A stretch of 64,000 nt of DNA from Selaginella moellendorffii (lineage: Eukaryota; Plantae; Lycopodiophyta). Shown here piece by piece: positions 47,737-60,694 of the stretch. Positions within the stretch are counted from its first letter, which is position 1. Every line of letters starts with the position of its first letter. The stretch is from the NCBI RefSeq assembly GCF_000143415.4, contig NW_003314315.1, positions 1,177,514 through 1,241,513 on the forward strand, given 5' to 3'. The notes below the pieces were generated by a model. It saw only the letters and a program-made list of their open reading frames with translations, was not told where the DNA came from and did no database searches. The translations under genes and the position numbers were made by a program.

Positions 47737-50271
47737 ATGTGGCAGGGGCTATGGCGGAGTCGAGGTTTGTAGTCTCTCTTTCTCTCTGTTTCGTGGATGA
47801 TTTGCTTGCTTGCTCAGCTGGATCGCGCCGCGCATTCAGCACCACAGCGCGGAAGATCCTTCTCGAGCTCACCGATATGACGTAAGTGATTTTTTGGAGT
47901 TCTTGCGAGGAAAGGAATGATAAGAGTGTGTGGCAGTGTTCCTCACACTTGGTATCCTTACGCGCGGACAATGAGGAGGCGGATCATTCTCTACGTTGGC
48001 CCGACTAACAGCGGCAAAACCTTCACTGCCTTGCAAAGTCTCCAGCGAGCTTCATCAGGTTTGCTTCTTCTTCCAAAGGAAAACAAAATTTCATACACTC
48101 GAAGAGGAAGAAAGAACTGTTTTGTTTCTTTTGCTACCTAATGCTTGGCTTCTCTCATCCAGGAATTTACTGCGGTCCCTTGCGTCTCCTCGCCTGGGAA
48201 GTGGCAGAGAAGCTCAACTCTCACAATGTACCATGCAGTCTTCTCACTGGACAGGAGCGCAACGAGATCGAGGGAGCACAGCACAAAGCGATGACTGTAG
48301 AGATGGCGGACATCACTCGCGAGTATGAGTGTGCCGTCATTGACGAAATCCAGGCAAGAACAAGAGTTTTTCTCGTTTTATTTTCTCATGTTTGCTTGCT
48401 TTGTGGATTTTCTCAGATGATAGGATGCTCCAAAAGAGGATACGCCTTCACTCGGGCTTTGTTTGGTCTCGCTGCCAAAGAGATACACTTGTGTGGAGAT
48501 CCGTGTGTAGTGACTCTTATTCAGAACCTGCTGGAACGCACTCAGGACACACTTGAGGTATCATTCGATCCTTCAATGGATGGTTTCCTAAACTTTCTTC
48601 CCAGGTCAGGTGCTACACCCGCTTGTCTCCGCTTGTACCTCTTAAAGAACCGCTACGTGATATTAGACGAATTCGGGGCGGGGATTGCATTGTAAGCTTC
48701 TCGCGTGACGAGATACACACCTACAAGGTAATATATACATCGCATTTGGTTCGTAAGACGATAGTCGTTTTCTATTTCATTTCAGCGAGACATTGAGAAA
48801 TTGCATCCGGCAATCAACTGCTCAGTCGTGTATGGGTCTCTTCCACCAGAGACTCGCACCAAGCAGGTAATGCTGTCATGGATTTATACGAAAGAGCACA
48901 AGTTCTTTCATTTTTGTTTTTTTCTGCTCTGTGCTTGAAAAACGGTTCTGTACTTCTCGGCTTTCAGTGTGCAGGCTGAACGATTCAACAAGGCCGACGA
49001 GGACTTTAGTATACTTGTCGCCAGCGACGCGATCGGGATGGGTCTAAATCTTAATATCCAACGCATCATCTTCACGAAGCTGGACAAGTTCGATGGCATC
49101 GCTCGCTGCTACCTCAGTGTCATGCAAGTGAAGCAAATAGCAGGTTTGGATGGTCTCAGATTTGTCAAACGACTTCATGCCTATCACTTGTGTGACAGGC
49201 CGAGCTGGAAGATTCAAGTCCAAATATCCTGTAGGCGAGGTAACATGTCTCAAAGGTTCCGATATAGCTCACCTGCATCGAGCACTTGCAACACCAACAC
49301 CTGCTGTAGTGGTAATGAACTGTTGGTTGGATTTCCTATTTTTCTTTTGTTATTTCAGGCAGCAGGAGTTTTCCCAACTTTTGATCAAATAGGCCTGTAC
49401 TGCACCTTTTATCCGAACTTCCCATTTTCGGCTATACTGGTGTGTGCTCATGTTTTCCGCTTGATTCGCTTTCTAACTTGTAAACCTTTGCAGGAAAAGT
49501 TCATTGCCACCGTGACTTTGTCTTCAATGTTCTTTCTGTGTGACTCTTCAAATCTCTTGGCGATAGCCAGGATGCTTGACGACATTCCACTGCCCATGGA
49601 TTCCCGTTTCCTTTTCTGTACATGGTAACACTCGTGGTTTTGTTGCCTTTAACTCGATACAATGGTTGCGTTTGTGCAGCCCCGTGGACAAAGATAACCG
49701 TATAATCATGGGAGCTTTACTCGAGGTATAGTTGTTCCACACCATATGTTTGTTTTCTAGCAATGTTTTATGTTTTTCATAGTTTGCTAGGAACTATGCG
49801 GTCAATAGGAATGTGCCACTGAAGAGGCTTCTAACACCTGCAACAATGCGAGTCCCAAGCACACAAAAGGATCTAGCGGAACTGGAGTCCCTACACAAGG
49901 TTCGCTTGTCTGGCTTTGTAACCTGTTTAACTTGCGTTGTGTGAGCTCCAGGTTCTTGATATGTATATTTGGCTCAGCTATCGACTAGAGGATGCCTTCG
50001 TGGATCGTGAGTCTGCCATCACACAGAAACACCTGTGCAGCACGTAAGATCTCTTTTTCATCTTGCCTTCCAACTGATCTGTGTCCGCTCCAGATTGATC
50101 GAGCAGGCACTAAACTACTGGAACACGGAGCTGTCGAGCCGTAAGGCTGCCAAGCGTGAACTGATCCAGAATCTAATCGAGGAGGGGCGTTTACCAGAGG
50201 ATGAAACGCCTGGAGCTCAGCGCGCGAGTATGTACAACCTCAACATGGACAGGGAAGTGAGGATAAGTTGA
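47737..50271 (+). CDS. SUV3: SUV3-like mitochondrial DExH RNA helicase, many short introns
   Basis: PHTWYPYAR...VGPTNSGKT; GIYCGPLRLLAWE; AVIDEIQ; VYGSLPPETR; VASDAIGMGLNLNI; KQIAGRAGR; LDMYIWLSYR. Confidence 0.93.
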
Positions 50272-50464
50272 GCAAGCTGGATCAAAGGCGGACAAGATGA
50301 ACAGAATCCGAGGAGTGTCCCTGGATAAAATGTGGTAGAATGCGCTTAAGCTGTTTGCAAGGAGGGGGGCGAGAAAGGGATTCGACAATGCAATGGGCTG
50401 ACAAGGGAGAGGTGCTGGGACGCAGCCAAGATGGTGCGGCATGACTTACCAAAGGGAGATGGTC

Positions 50465-51720
50465 TTTTATTTGCATAATTAAGTTTTTAGTTAATTATTT
50501 ATAGTTATTCATAAAAATATTTTAAAAATATTTTTATTGATCTTATTTTTATTACTATATAGATATTTTTAGAATATATATATCACTAATATTTAATAAA
50601 TTTCTAAATATTTATAAAAAAATTAATGAACCATTATGAAACTTTAAGCTAAAATTCACTGTTTATTTTATTTTTCCAAATAACTATTATTAAATGTGTC
50701 AAATATATTGTGATACAAGGATATACTACTATTTAGGTAATGCAGTTATTGGATGAAAAAAAATTAAATATAATAATTCAAGTTTTAATTATTCAAATAT
50801 TTATATTATATTTTAGAAAAAAACATTTGTTTATAAAAATAAAAAAATAACTATAGTTTCTATAATATGAGTTAAAAATTTTGAAGCTTGAAGCGACAAA
50901 ATTTGAGCTAAATTTTTACTATATAATTTTATTATTTTCCATGAATAAATAAAAAGATGCACAAGTTACTTAAACTTTGTAACAACCATCTTCTTAATTT
51001 TTGATCTCTTCCTAAAACCCTTATGCAAAAATACATATAGTATGTTTAAATAAATAAATATTAGGTTTATTGCTTATTTATTTTCTACCATATGATGGCT
51101 ATTTAGGCAGAGCATATATTGAAAAAAATATTAAATATAATAATTTATGTTTTAGTCATCCAAAAACTTATACTGTATTTTAGAAAAGTTTTTTGTTTGT
51201 TAATTTTATGATGGTTACAAAAATTAATAAATAACTATAGTTTTTACAATATAAGTTAAAGATTTTGATGCAACAATTTTTATTTATTTAAGTTATATTT
51301 TTTACTATATAATTTTATTGTTTTCCAAGAATGAATAGAAAAATGCACAAGTTACTTAAACTTTATAACAAATTTCTGATATCTTTTTAAAATCTTTGTT
51401 TTTTTCTTACCTTGCCAATACAAGCAGTAATCATATCAAGTCCAAACTTATTAATATTTCCACTATAAAGAAAATGCCAAAAGGATTCTTATAACAAAAC
51501 AAAAACTCATTTCACCTTTATAAAATCAGTAATGCATATATATTGTATGTTTAAATAAATAAATAATAAGTTTATTTTTTATTTATTTTTTACCATTGGA
51601 TGACTGTTTAGGCAAAGTAGTTATTGAATGAAAAAAAAAATTAAATATAATAATTCACGTTTTAGTCATCCAAAAATTTATACCATATTTTAGAAAAGTT
51701 TTTTGTTTGTTAATTTTATA
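50465..51720. repeat. Very AT-rich insert with internal diverged direct repeats (probable non-autonomous TE remnant)
   Basis: Sharp composition shift; the block ...AAAAATTAAATATA(A)TAATT...TTTTAGAAAA recurs near 50760, 51125 and 51635. Confidence 0.6.
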
Positions 51721-51726
51721 TTGGTG

Positions 51727-51940
51727 ATCGCACAGAAACACCTGTGCAGCGTGTAAGATCTCTTTGTGTCAGCTTGCATTCCAACTGATCCTGTCCACTC
51801 CAGATTGATCGAGCATGCACTGAGCTGTCGAGCCGGAAGGCTGCCAAGCGCGAACTGATCCAGAATCTCATCGAGGAAGGGCGTTTGCCAGAGGATGAAA
51901 CCCCCGGAGCTCAGCGCGCGAGTATGTACAACCTCAACAT
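51727..51940 (+). pseudogene. Duplicated fragment of the SUV3 3' end (last intron and exon)
   Basis: Matches ~50018-50246 (CACAGAAACACCTGTGCAGC...ATGTACAACCTCAACAT) with a small deletion. Confidence 0.88.
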
Positions 51941-52025
51941 AGGACAAGTTGATAACTTTTGTTTAACGGTGGAATACATTTTAAAAACCATCGCCACATT
52001 TTTAGGTTTGTGGAAGGCATGGGCG

Positions 52026-53084
52026 ATGGTGATGTGCTGCGAAGAGCTGGTAGCTCTGATCGTCACGTATCTGGGTCGGCGGGATCTGGCACGGTGCTGC
52101 AGCGTCTCCAAGCTGTGGAACCAGTGCTGCCGCTGGCAGCTCGCCCACGGCCGCGGATTAGGGTTTCTCATCGCCCCTACCGAAGGATCCAAGCTATGGA
52201 TGTGCGATTCCAACACTGGGGAGGAGCAGTGGGTGCCACTAGGTCTCTCTGATTCGGCTGTGCTGGGAACTTGCCAAGGATTGGTGCTTATAGAATCGGA
52301 TGGGGTGCTGGCGATTGGCGAGCCCAGCGTGAAGCGGTGGAAGCTCTTGTGGAGGCCGCGGATTGATGCAATATCGGCTTGGCTGGGTCGTGTGCAAGGC
52401 CAGCTTCTCATCCTCATCATCGACAAGTCCGGCGCCGTGCAAAAGTACGATTTCGCCAACGATTCTTGGATAGATGTTTGCCGCCCGTCGAGGAGGATCG
52501 CTCTAATGGAGGAATGCGTCTTAATCAGGGGCGGCTGCTACAGGCTCTTCGAAAAGTTGACGCATGGCCATGACTACGTGTTTGATGATATTTACAAGCT
52601 GGATCTGAGGCGTGGAGTGTGGGACAAGATGAACATGAGACGTGAATCTGTTCGCAAATTCGAGTGCCTCCGGATAGAGAAAAAGGTGGTAGAATGGCGA
52701 GGCAAGGCCCTCATGTATACTCTTAAGGTGTTTGACCAGGAGGAGGAGCTACGAGAGGGCAGGGGATTCGACACTCCAAGACTGTATGAGCTACTGGTTG
52801 ATAAGGGAAAGGTGGTGGAGCTTCCGACGCGGCTGGACGCAGCCATCCTGAACCCTTACAAGTACGAGGTGGTGTCTGATGACTATGACCTCTTTTGGAT
52901 AACTGGAGACAGAAATGTGTTCAAGTATTCGGTGGCCGATTTGTCCTTCAACAAGCTGGTTCTGGACTCTGATTCTGCGCCGAATTTATACCTCCCGAGA
53001 GCTTTCTTCTATATTCCTGACGGTGGGGAGGCCTTGTCTCGCAACATTTTGTCACATTTGCCTGATGTACCACATGATTATTAG
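52026..53084 (+). CDS. F-box protein (putative beta-propeller C-terminus), paralogue 1
   Basis: EELVALIVTYLGRRDLARCCSVSKLWN F-box motif; intronless. Confidence 0.85.
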   Translation: MVMCCEELVALIVTYLGRRDLARCCSVSKLWNQCCRWQLAHGRGLGFLIAPTEGSKLWMCDSNTGEEQWVPLGLSDSAVLGTCQGLVLIESDGVLAIGEPSVKRWKLLWRPRIDAISAWLGRVQGQLLILIIDKSGAVQKYDFANDSWIDVCRPSRRIALMEECVLIRGGCYRLFEKLTHGHDYVFDDIYKLDLRRGVWDKMNMRRESVRKFECLRIEKKVVEWRGKALMYTLKVFDQEEELREGRGFDTPRLYELLVDKGKVVELPTRLDAAILNPYKYEVVSDDYDLFWITGDRNVFKYSVADLSFNKLVLDSDSAPNLYLPRAFFYIPDGGEALSRNILSHLPDVPHDY

Positions 53085-53129
53085 AGCATTGTGTCGTAGT
53101 GTCACCCGGATGTGCAGTTCATTTTCTCA

Positions 53130-54900
53130 TTCGTGGAAATACACTTCCCAAGGTGACCGTTCTTTACTTGGACTTCATCAAGTCGAGTGTGATTTACTGT
53201 GATGGGGTTGTGGGTTCTGGGAACTGCTGCCACCGCGGACGCCAAGTGACGAATGGCTCCGGGTGCTAGACGTCGAATTTCTTTTGCAGATGAGAGACCT
53301 GCATCCATGGTTACCGAGTAGCATGGTTTTTCTTCGATACAGATGGTCAAGGTTAGTCAATCGTGGTAAACGGCGGCCATGAGCGCGTAGGCCGAGGAAC
53401 ACGTTCTTTCTCTTGGACATTGAGGAGCTCCTCAAACGCGGCCCTCGCTACACCCACGTGCCCATATCTCCTGCTCGCGTCGATCACACTGCCCCTCTGC
53501 GTCGCATTAGCGGCTAAATCCCGCGACGAGAGCGCTCCAGGAGATGAGACCTCCCGACGACGAGGAAGAGGCGAAGAATCTCTCGGGCTCGGTCCATGCT
53601 GCCGCACCGCCCATACGCATCCACCAGGCAGCTCGTCACGACCGGGTCGATGAGATCTCGCCCCAATTCATGGCTCGCGCGGTCGATCTCGGCGTGGAGC
53701 TTGCGAATTCCTTCCAGATTCATCGCAATGGCATAGTCCATGACGATCGAGCGAGATGATCGCATCGCCGCGAGCAGTGCCAGGAACTCCTGGGGCTGGC
53801 CCGTTCCAAGGCGCCGGGTCTTCGTCCCGGAGCATGGCGAAGATCCTGTGCCCGTCGATCGTGCTCCACACTTGGAGTACATATTGAGGCCACGAATCGA
53901 TCCAGCTTCACGCTCAGACCGCGAGATCTCGCGTGGATCGTCTCCACTTTGATCACACAAACACCTCCATCGCTATCGATGGATTCGGGGATTCGGGATG
54001 ATTGCTCGCTGGCAGCCATGCTCGTGCACGCATTGGCGGCCGCGACGATCGTCCTCGCATCGCCAAAAATCTCTCTTTTCGATCTATCCAGCATCATCAT
54101 CTGCGAGAAGAGATCCAGCGCCATCGCTGCCTGGCCGAGCTCCCCCAACTGGATTGGCGATGATCAAGCTTGTCAAACACCGCTCGAGCTAGATCCACGC
54201 TTCCACACTTTGCGTAGAGATCCACCAGCGTGCTCGCGACGAACACGTCCAGATCAAAACCTCTCTTTGCTGCCTCGCTGTGGAGAAATATAGCTCGCAC
54301 CATCTTGATCGCCGCCAACTTTCCAGAAAAATTTCTTCTCCCGTTCTTCCCTCGCGGCCAGCCCAGAAAACGACTTGAGCGCCGCCACAAAACTCCTGGC
54401 ACTGGATCGATTGGTGCTGCTCGCCATGAATTCTTGGAAGAGTCCTAATCCCGAGATCATGGAAGTCCACGAGACAACGTCGTGAGTTTCCATTCTCTCG
54501 AAGATCATCCGAGCGGCAGGATTTCCCATACGCGTCGATCAAAGCGCTGGCGACGAGCATGTCTGTGTGCCATCCGGCTTGCTCGCACCAAGAGTGGACC
54601 AGCCGAGGCTCTTGATCTTGACGAACTTGGAGCTCCCGCGATCAAGAAAATCTGTTTTCTCGATCGCTGCTAGCTTGCTGCAAGCTTTGAGAGCCTGCCA
54701 GAAACGTCGCGCGGTCTGGAGCGATCATGGAGAGGTTTGCGATTCGTGCGAAAAGTTCCAGTGCCTGGAAAGCTTCTCCATTGTCAAGCGTAGCCGAGGA
54801 TGAGAGAGTTCCATGAAACAACGGTTGGAGCTGTGTCGAAGACACGGCGAGCTTCGGCCATCCTGCCACATTTTGCATACACCGATCAGAGAGTTCGCGA
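53130..54900 (-). pseudogene. PPR pseudogene, heavily frameshifted
   Basis: Fragments LVDAYGRCGSMDRAR, DVFVASTLVDLYAKCGSVDLARAVFDK and ARMIFERMETHDVVSWTSMISG in different frames. Confidence 0.8.
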
Positions 54901-55632
54901 CATAGATGTGCTTCTCCTGAAGTTTTCATGGCAAGATGGCTTGTGATCTGCCAAGCAAGAAGAAGAGCTTATTACCATCTTATAGAGCAGTGAAAACGGA
55001 AGCTCAAGAGAAGAGAAATATTTTACCTCGAAAGTCCATGGTAGCCGCTAACACATTTCTTGCAAAACGGATCTTTCTAATATTAGATCTTTGCTGTTTG
55101 AGCAATTGTAAAGCCATTTAAATGGCTTGCTTACCTTCGAAAATCCATGGCGCCCCACAGCGCACGCGCCATAGCTATGAAAGACAAATATCTAGCGGTA
55201 AGGAGTGCCAAAGAATGTCTCTCCGTCTTCGACAAACATACTACATTCCATTGTCCAAATCGTGGAAGAGTTTCGGACCTGGAGACGCTCTTCTTTGAGA
55301 TCGACATCTCCTCAAGCAAACATAGTGGCTCTTGGCAGAGATTTGGAAGACGATGCTACTGGAGGGATGGCGGCCCGATAGCATTGCGTCCCCCTTTCTC
55401 TGTCGAGCGACTCCACGGATTATCGCTGAGATGAATTCAGTGCCCTGGGACTACTACGATCGCAGCATTTCCGGAATAGGCATCCCTCAATCTCCACAAG
55501 ACAATGCTGCACGAAGAAACCACGGCACCTTTGTCCTTCCTTAAACTCCGACCTTTGTTGACCTGTGTCCTTTTAAACCGCTCAAGAGTGTCCAGAATCT
55601 CAGCAACTCGAAACATTTTGGGTTTAAACGGA

Positions 55633-56682
55633 ATGGCGAGGAAGGCATTGGTGTGCTGCGAAGAGCTGGTAGCTTTGATCGTCACAAATCTGGGTCGGCG
55701 GGATCTGGCACGCTACTGCAGCGTCTCCAAGTTATGGAACCAATGCTGCCGCTGGCAGCTCGCCCACGGTCGCGGATTAGGGTTTCTCATCGCCCCTGCC
55801 GAAGGATCCAAGCTATGGATGTGCGATTCCAACTCTGGGGAGGAGCAGTGGGTGCCACTAGGTATCTCTGATTCAGCTGTGCTGGGAACTTGCGAGGGAT
55901 TGGTGCTTATAGAATCGGGTGGGGTGCTGGCGATTGGCGAGCCCAGCGTGAAGCGGTGGAAGCTCTTGTGGAGGCCGCGGATTGATGCAATATCGGCTTG
56001 GCTGGGTCGTGTGGAAGGCCAGCTTCTCATCCTCATCATCGACAAGTCCGGCGCCGTGCAAAAGTACGATTTCGCCAACGATTCTTGGATAGATGTTTGC
56101 CGCCCGTCGAGGAGGATCGCTCTAATGGAGGAATGCGTCTTAATCAGGGGCGGCTGCTACAGGCTCTTTCGAAAGCATCGCACGTTTGATGGCATTTACA
56201 AGTTGGATCTGAGGCGTGGAGTGTGGGACAAGATGCACCTGAGCCGTGAATCTGCCCGCAAATTCGAGTTCGGGACAGAAAAAAAGGTGGTGGAATGGCG
56301 AGGCAAGGCCCTCATGTACAGCCTTAAGGTGTTTGACCAGGAGGAAGAGCTACGAGAGGGCAGGGGATTCGATACTCCAAGACTGTATGAGCTACTGGTT
56401 GATGAGGGAAAGGTGGTGGAGCTTCCGACGCGGCTGGATGCAGCCAATATCCTGAGCCCTGAGTTGGCCGAGGTGGTGTCTGATGACTATGACCTCTTTT
56501 GGATAACTGGAGACAGAGATGTGTTCAAGTATTCGGTGGTGGACTCGTTCTTTAACAAGCTGGTACAGGGCTCTGATACTGCGCCAATCGATGCGGGAGC
56601 TTACTTCTATATTCCTGACGGTGGGGAAGCCTTGTCTCGCAACATTTTGTCACATTTGCCCGATGTACCACATGATTATTAG
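55633..56682 (+). CDS. F-box protein, paralogue 2
   Basis: Highly similar to 52026-53084; intact ORF ending HLPDVPHDY. Confidence 0.85.
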   Translation: MARKALVCCEELVALIVTNLGRRDLARYCSVSKLWNQCCRWQLAHGRGLGFLIAPAEGSKLWMCDSNSGEEQWVPLGISDSAVLGTCEGLVLIESGGVLAIGEPSVKRWKLLWRPRIDAISAWLGRVEGQLLILIIDKSGAVQKYDFANDSWIDVCRPSRRIALMEECVLIRGGCYRLFRKHRTFDGIYKLDLRRGVWDKMHLSRESARKFEFGTEKKVVEWRGKALMYSLKVFDQEEELREGRGFDTPRLYELLVDEGKVVELPTRLDAANILSPELAEVVSDDYDLFWITGDRDVFKYSVVDSFFNKLVQGSDTAPIDAGAYFYIPDGGEALSRNILSHLPDVPHDY

Positions 56683-56759
56683 AGCTCCGCGCGAGTGGTC
56701 GTAATCACAACTCTGAGCTTCTCGATCTGGAGTTGCCGAGAAGGTGAAAACTAGGAGTG

Positions 56760-57335
56760 GTTCCTTATATAGAAGTACAGAAGACTGATTCTACATCACC
56801 TCCACCATCGCGTTCCAATCAATCTCCGGGAACCAATCCATTTGCTCCACGACTTGCAGGTTTCTCCGAAGCAGCCATGGCGGCCACCACCGGAGGTGAA
56901 GAAGAATAGGACAGCCTTGTCCTCTTCTCAGCCCGGAGCAAAGCTCTCGAAATCGATCTTTGTAGACGTGAGGCAGCCTGTTTGCAAACGATGGAGACGT
57001 TTGAAAACAATTTGGCGTGCGGGAATGTTATACTCAGATTAGTGATCATGGATCTTTGTGGCAGTAGCGCATCAGCGTGATGAAGGCGGATGCAATTTCA
57101 GTGCCTCCTTCATGCAGCGGCGTCCATCTCGCTCACGATATCATAGTCAAGCTTTTAGCCATCCTCGGTGGTGGAGCGCCCAGTGGCACAGTACTTGGAA
57201 TCAATGAAAACCTGGGGCATGCCCGTAAATCACTCCGTCCGGAACTCTTCCGGGTGATTGAAGACGCTGTCCGGCTCCTTTCGAGCTCGGTCTCTCCGTC
57301 GGTGAGCAAGACCCTGATCAATCCATGGTCCCAGC
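56760..57335 (-). pseudogene. Deletion-riddled copy of the CYP51 3' half
   Basis: Collinear blocks matching ~59030-59970 with many internal deletions; followed by a PPR scrap (NIYVANSLIGMYAKC, + strand, ~57380-57470). Confidence 0.85.
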
Positions 57336-57844
57336 TGGAAAGCTTATTGTCAGCGCAGCCGGCCACCGAGAGTGGCAAAGACACCAACATCTATGTCGCG
57401 AACTCTCTGATCGGTATGTACGCAAAATGTGACAGGATGGCCGAAGCTCGCCGTGCTTTCGATAACCGTGAACTCTCTCATCCTACGAGCGTGAATCTCC
57501 AAGTCTTTAAATCTAGCAGCGGACTTGAGATCGAAGATCACTGATGAGACCAGAGGATCTGATGAAAGAATGTGTGTTCCAGGCAGCACTGATGCTGCTT
57601 CTCTTGAAGTTTTCATGTGTGATCTGCCAAGAAAGAAGAAGAGCTTATTAACATCTTATAGAGAAAATATCCTACCTCGAAAATCTATGGTAGCCGCTTC
57701 CACATTTCTTGCAAATCGGAGAGTAGATCTTCTCACGCTCATGTTGTGTTTGAGCAATTTTAAACCTTCGAAAATCCATAGCGCATCCTTCGTAATCGCG
57801 AGATGGATTCAGTGCCCTATCGAGCAGGCACTAGTCGGCCTATA

Positions 57845-58912
57845 ATGGCGAGAAAGGCATGGGCGATGGTGGTGTGCTGCGAAGAGCTGGTAGCTCTGAT
57901 CGTCACAAATTTGGGTCGGCGGGATCTGGCACGGTGCTGCAGCGTCTCCAAGCTATGGAACCGATGCTGCCGCTGGCAGCTCGCCCATGGGCGCGGATTA
58001 GGGTTTCTCATCGCCGCGGCCAAAGGATCCAAACTATGGATGTGCGATTCCAACACTGGGGAGGAGCAGTGGGCGCCGCTAGGCATCGCTCATTCGGAGG
58101 TGGTGGGAACTTGCGAAGGATTGGTGCTTCTAGAATCGGGTGGGGTGCTGGCGATTGGCGAGCCCAGCGTCAAGCGATGGAAGCTCTTGTGGAGGCCGCG
58201 GATCGACACAAAATCGGCTTGGCTGGGTCATGTGCAAGGCCAGCTTCTCATCCTCATCATCGATAAGTCGGGCGCCGTCCAGAAGTACGATTGTGCCACA
58301 GATTCCTGGATAGATGTTTGCTGCGGGTCCAGGAGGATTTCCCTGATGGAGGCTGGTGTCTTAATCAGGGGCGGCTGCTATAGGCTCTTTCGAAGGCATC
58401 GCATGTTTGATGACATTTACAAGCTGGATCCGAGGCGTGGAGTGTGGGACAAGATGCACATGAGCCGTCAATCTACCCACAAATTCGAGTACCTCATGGT
58501 AAGCCAAAAGGTGGTGGAATGGCGAGGCAAGGCCCTCATGTATACTCTTAAGCTGTTTGACCGGGAGGAGGAGCTCCGAGAGGGCAGGGCATTTGACACT
58601 CCAAGACTGTATGAGCTACTGGCTGACGAGGGAAAGGTGGTGGAGCTTCCGACGCGGCTGGACGCAGCCATGCTGAACCCTTACCAGTACGAGCTGGTGT
58701 CTGATGACTATGACCTCTTTTGGATAACTCGAAAGAGAGACGTGGTCAAGTATTCGGTGGTGGATTCGTCTTTCGACAAGCTGGCACAGGGCTTTGATAC
58801 TGCGCCAAATTTGTTACTCGAGGCGGGAGCTTACTACTATATTCCTGACGGTGGGGAAGCTCTGTCTCGCAACATTTTGTCACATTTGCCCGATTTACCA
58901 CATGATTATTAG
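57845..58912 (+). CDS. F-box protein, paralogue 3
   Basis: Same family; intact ORF ending HLPDLPHDY. Confidence 0.85.
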   Translation: MARKAWAMVVCCEELVALIVTNLGRRDLARCCSVSKLWNRCCRWQLAHGRGLGFLIAAAKGSKLWMCDSNTGEEQWAPLGIAHSEVVGTCEGLVLLESGGVLAIGEPSVKRWKLLWRPRIDTKSAWLGHVQGQLLILIIDKSGAVQKYDCATDSWIDVCCGSRRISLMEAGVLIRGGCYRLFRRHRMFDDIYKLDPRRGVWDKMHMSRQSTHKFEYLMVSQKVVEWRGKALMYTLKLFDREEELREGRAFDTPRLYELLADEGKVVELPTRLDAAMLNPYQYELVSDDYDLFWITRKRDVVKYSVVDSSFDKLAQGFDTAPNLLLEAGAYYYIPDGGEALSRNILSHLPDLPHDY

Positions 58913-59069
58913 AGCTTTGCACGAGTGTTCGTAGTTTCCTCTCTAAAGCTCGAGCTTCTTGAGCATGAAATGTGTCCTCTTTTGTTTTGTAACGATAGAA
59001 AAAGTGAAAAACAAAGAACCAAGACTGGTTCCTTATATAAAAATACAAAAGGTTGATTCTTCAGAATGA

Positions 59070-60694
59070 TCAGGCAAGCAGCTTTCTCTTGTAGCGAACC
59101 ATCACCTTGCCTTTTGGTCCGACCACCATTGCGTTCCAATCAATCTCCGGGAACGGAGAAACCAGCTCCATCTCAAAGTTTCGGAGAAGAATGCTCCACA
59201 CCGTCTTTACCTGCATGTATCCAAAGGTTTCTCCGAGGCAGCCATGGCGACCGCCACCGAAGGAGGTGTAGGAGAATGGGACAGCCTTGTCCTCCTCCCG
59301 GCCGGGAGCAAAGCGCTCGGGATCGAAGCTGTCGGGATCCTTGAAGACGTGAGGCAGCCTGTTGGCAAACGCTGGAGACGTCGCAACAATGTGGCCCGCG
59401 GGAATGTTATACTCGACGCCGTCTCGAGTGGTGACCGAGAAATCTTTGTGGCAGTAGCGCATCAGCATGATGAGAGGCGGATGCAATCTCAGTGCCTCCT
59501 TCATGCAGCGGTGCAACACGTCCATCTCGCTCACGATATCATAGTCGAGCTTGTCCCCGATTTTAGCCATCACGTTTCTCTGTTCTTCGACGGCAGAGTC
59601 CCAGTAGTTTTTATAGCTGGAAGTGCAAAAGTGAGAAATCGGTCACGCAAGAAAGAGAACTTACGTAAGAAGATAAGCCCCAGTCCATGTCGAGGTGATG
59701 GAGCTCGTGTGCTGCCCGGCAAAGAGCGCTGCGATGAGCAAACCGGTGATCTCATCCTCGGTGGTGGAGCGCCCAGTGGCGCGGTACTTGGAATCGATGA
59801 AAACCTGGAGCATGTCCATTTCACTTCGCCCGGAAATCTTCCGGTTGCCGATGATCTTGGCGAAGACGCTGGCCAGTTCCTTCCGAGCTCGGTCTCTCCG
59901 TCGGTGAGCGGGGATCGGCAAGTATGGGAACAAGACGCTTATCGGCTGCATTCCATTGTCCAAGTCGTGGAAGAGATTGCTCACGTCCTCAAAGAGCTGG
60001 TTTCGGACCTCGCTCCCAAGCAAGCAACGGCTGGCCGTAAGGATGATGAGACGCTCCAGCTCTTCTTTGAGATCAACCTCTCCTTCGTCACCCCACTTGG
60101 AGAAGAAAAGCTGCAAGCAAGCAAGCAAAGTGGTTCTAGCTCAGCAAGAAAAAAGAATCTCTGTAGAAGAGAGAAAGAAAAGCGAGATTTTGATTTGCAT
60201 ACCTGAGCTTCTTCCACCATGTAGTCCACGTACGTCTTCAATCGGCTCACCTTGAGCGCCTCGGTGAAGAAGCGAAACTGTTCCATCCGGACAGAGTAAT
60301 CCACGTCGAAGACCACTCCGGGGCCGAAAGTGGGGACATTGAATTGGTAGACCTCCTTTTGGCTCAGCTCGGACTCCTGGGCCTTATAGAAATGGGAAGA
60401 AACGTCGGGACCGATCAAGAATGTGATCTTGCGCGTGACAATGTTGACGGTGAAGACGCTGCCCAGGCGCTGGTACTCCTGCCGCAGCATCACAATCGGC
60501 CCCTTGACGAACTTGAGAAGCCCTCCCACGATTGGGACAGAATCCACCACTGGAGGAAGGCGATTTCGGTTCCTGCTTCCGCCGCTGCTGCTCCTCCACC
60601 ATGATAACAGCCACAGGCAGCAAGTAGTTCCCACTAGCAGCAGCAGCGCGGCCGCCACGGTCGATCGATCCGCCTCCATGGCCTTTACCTCCAT
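59070..60694 (-). CDS. CYP51: Obtusifoliol 14-alpha-demethylase (cytochrome P450 CYP51G), two introns
   Basis: YQFNVPTFGPGVVFDV; LIAALFAGQHTSSIT; KEALRLHPP; FGGGRHGCLGE heme motif. Confidence 0.97.
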
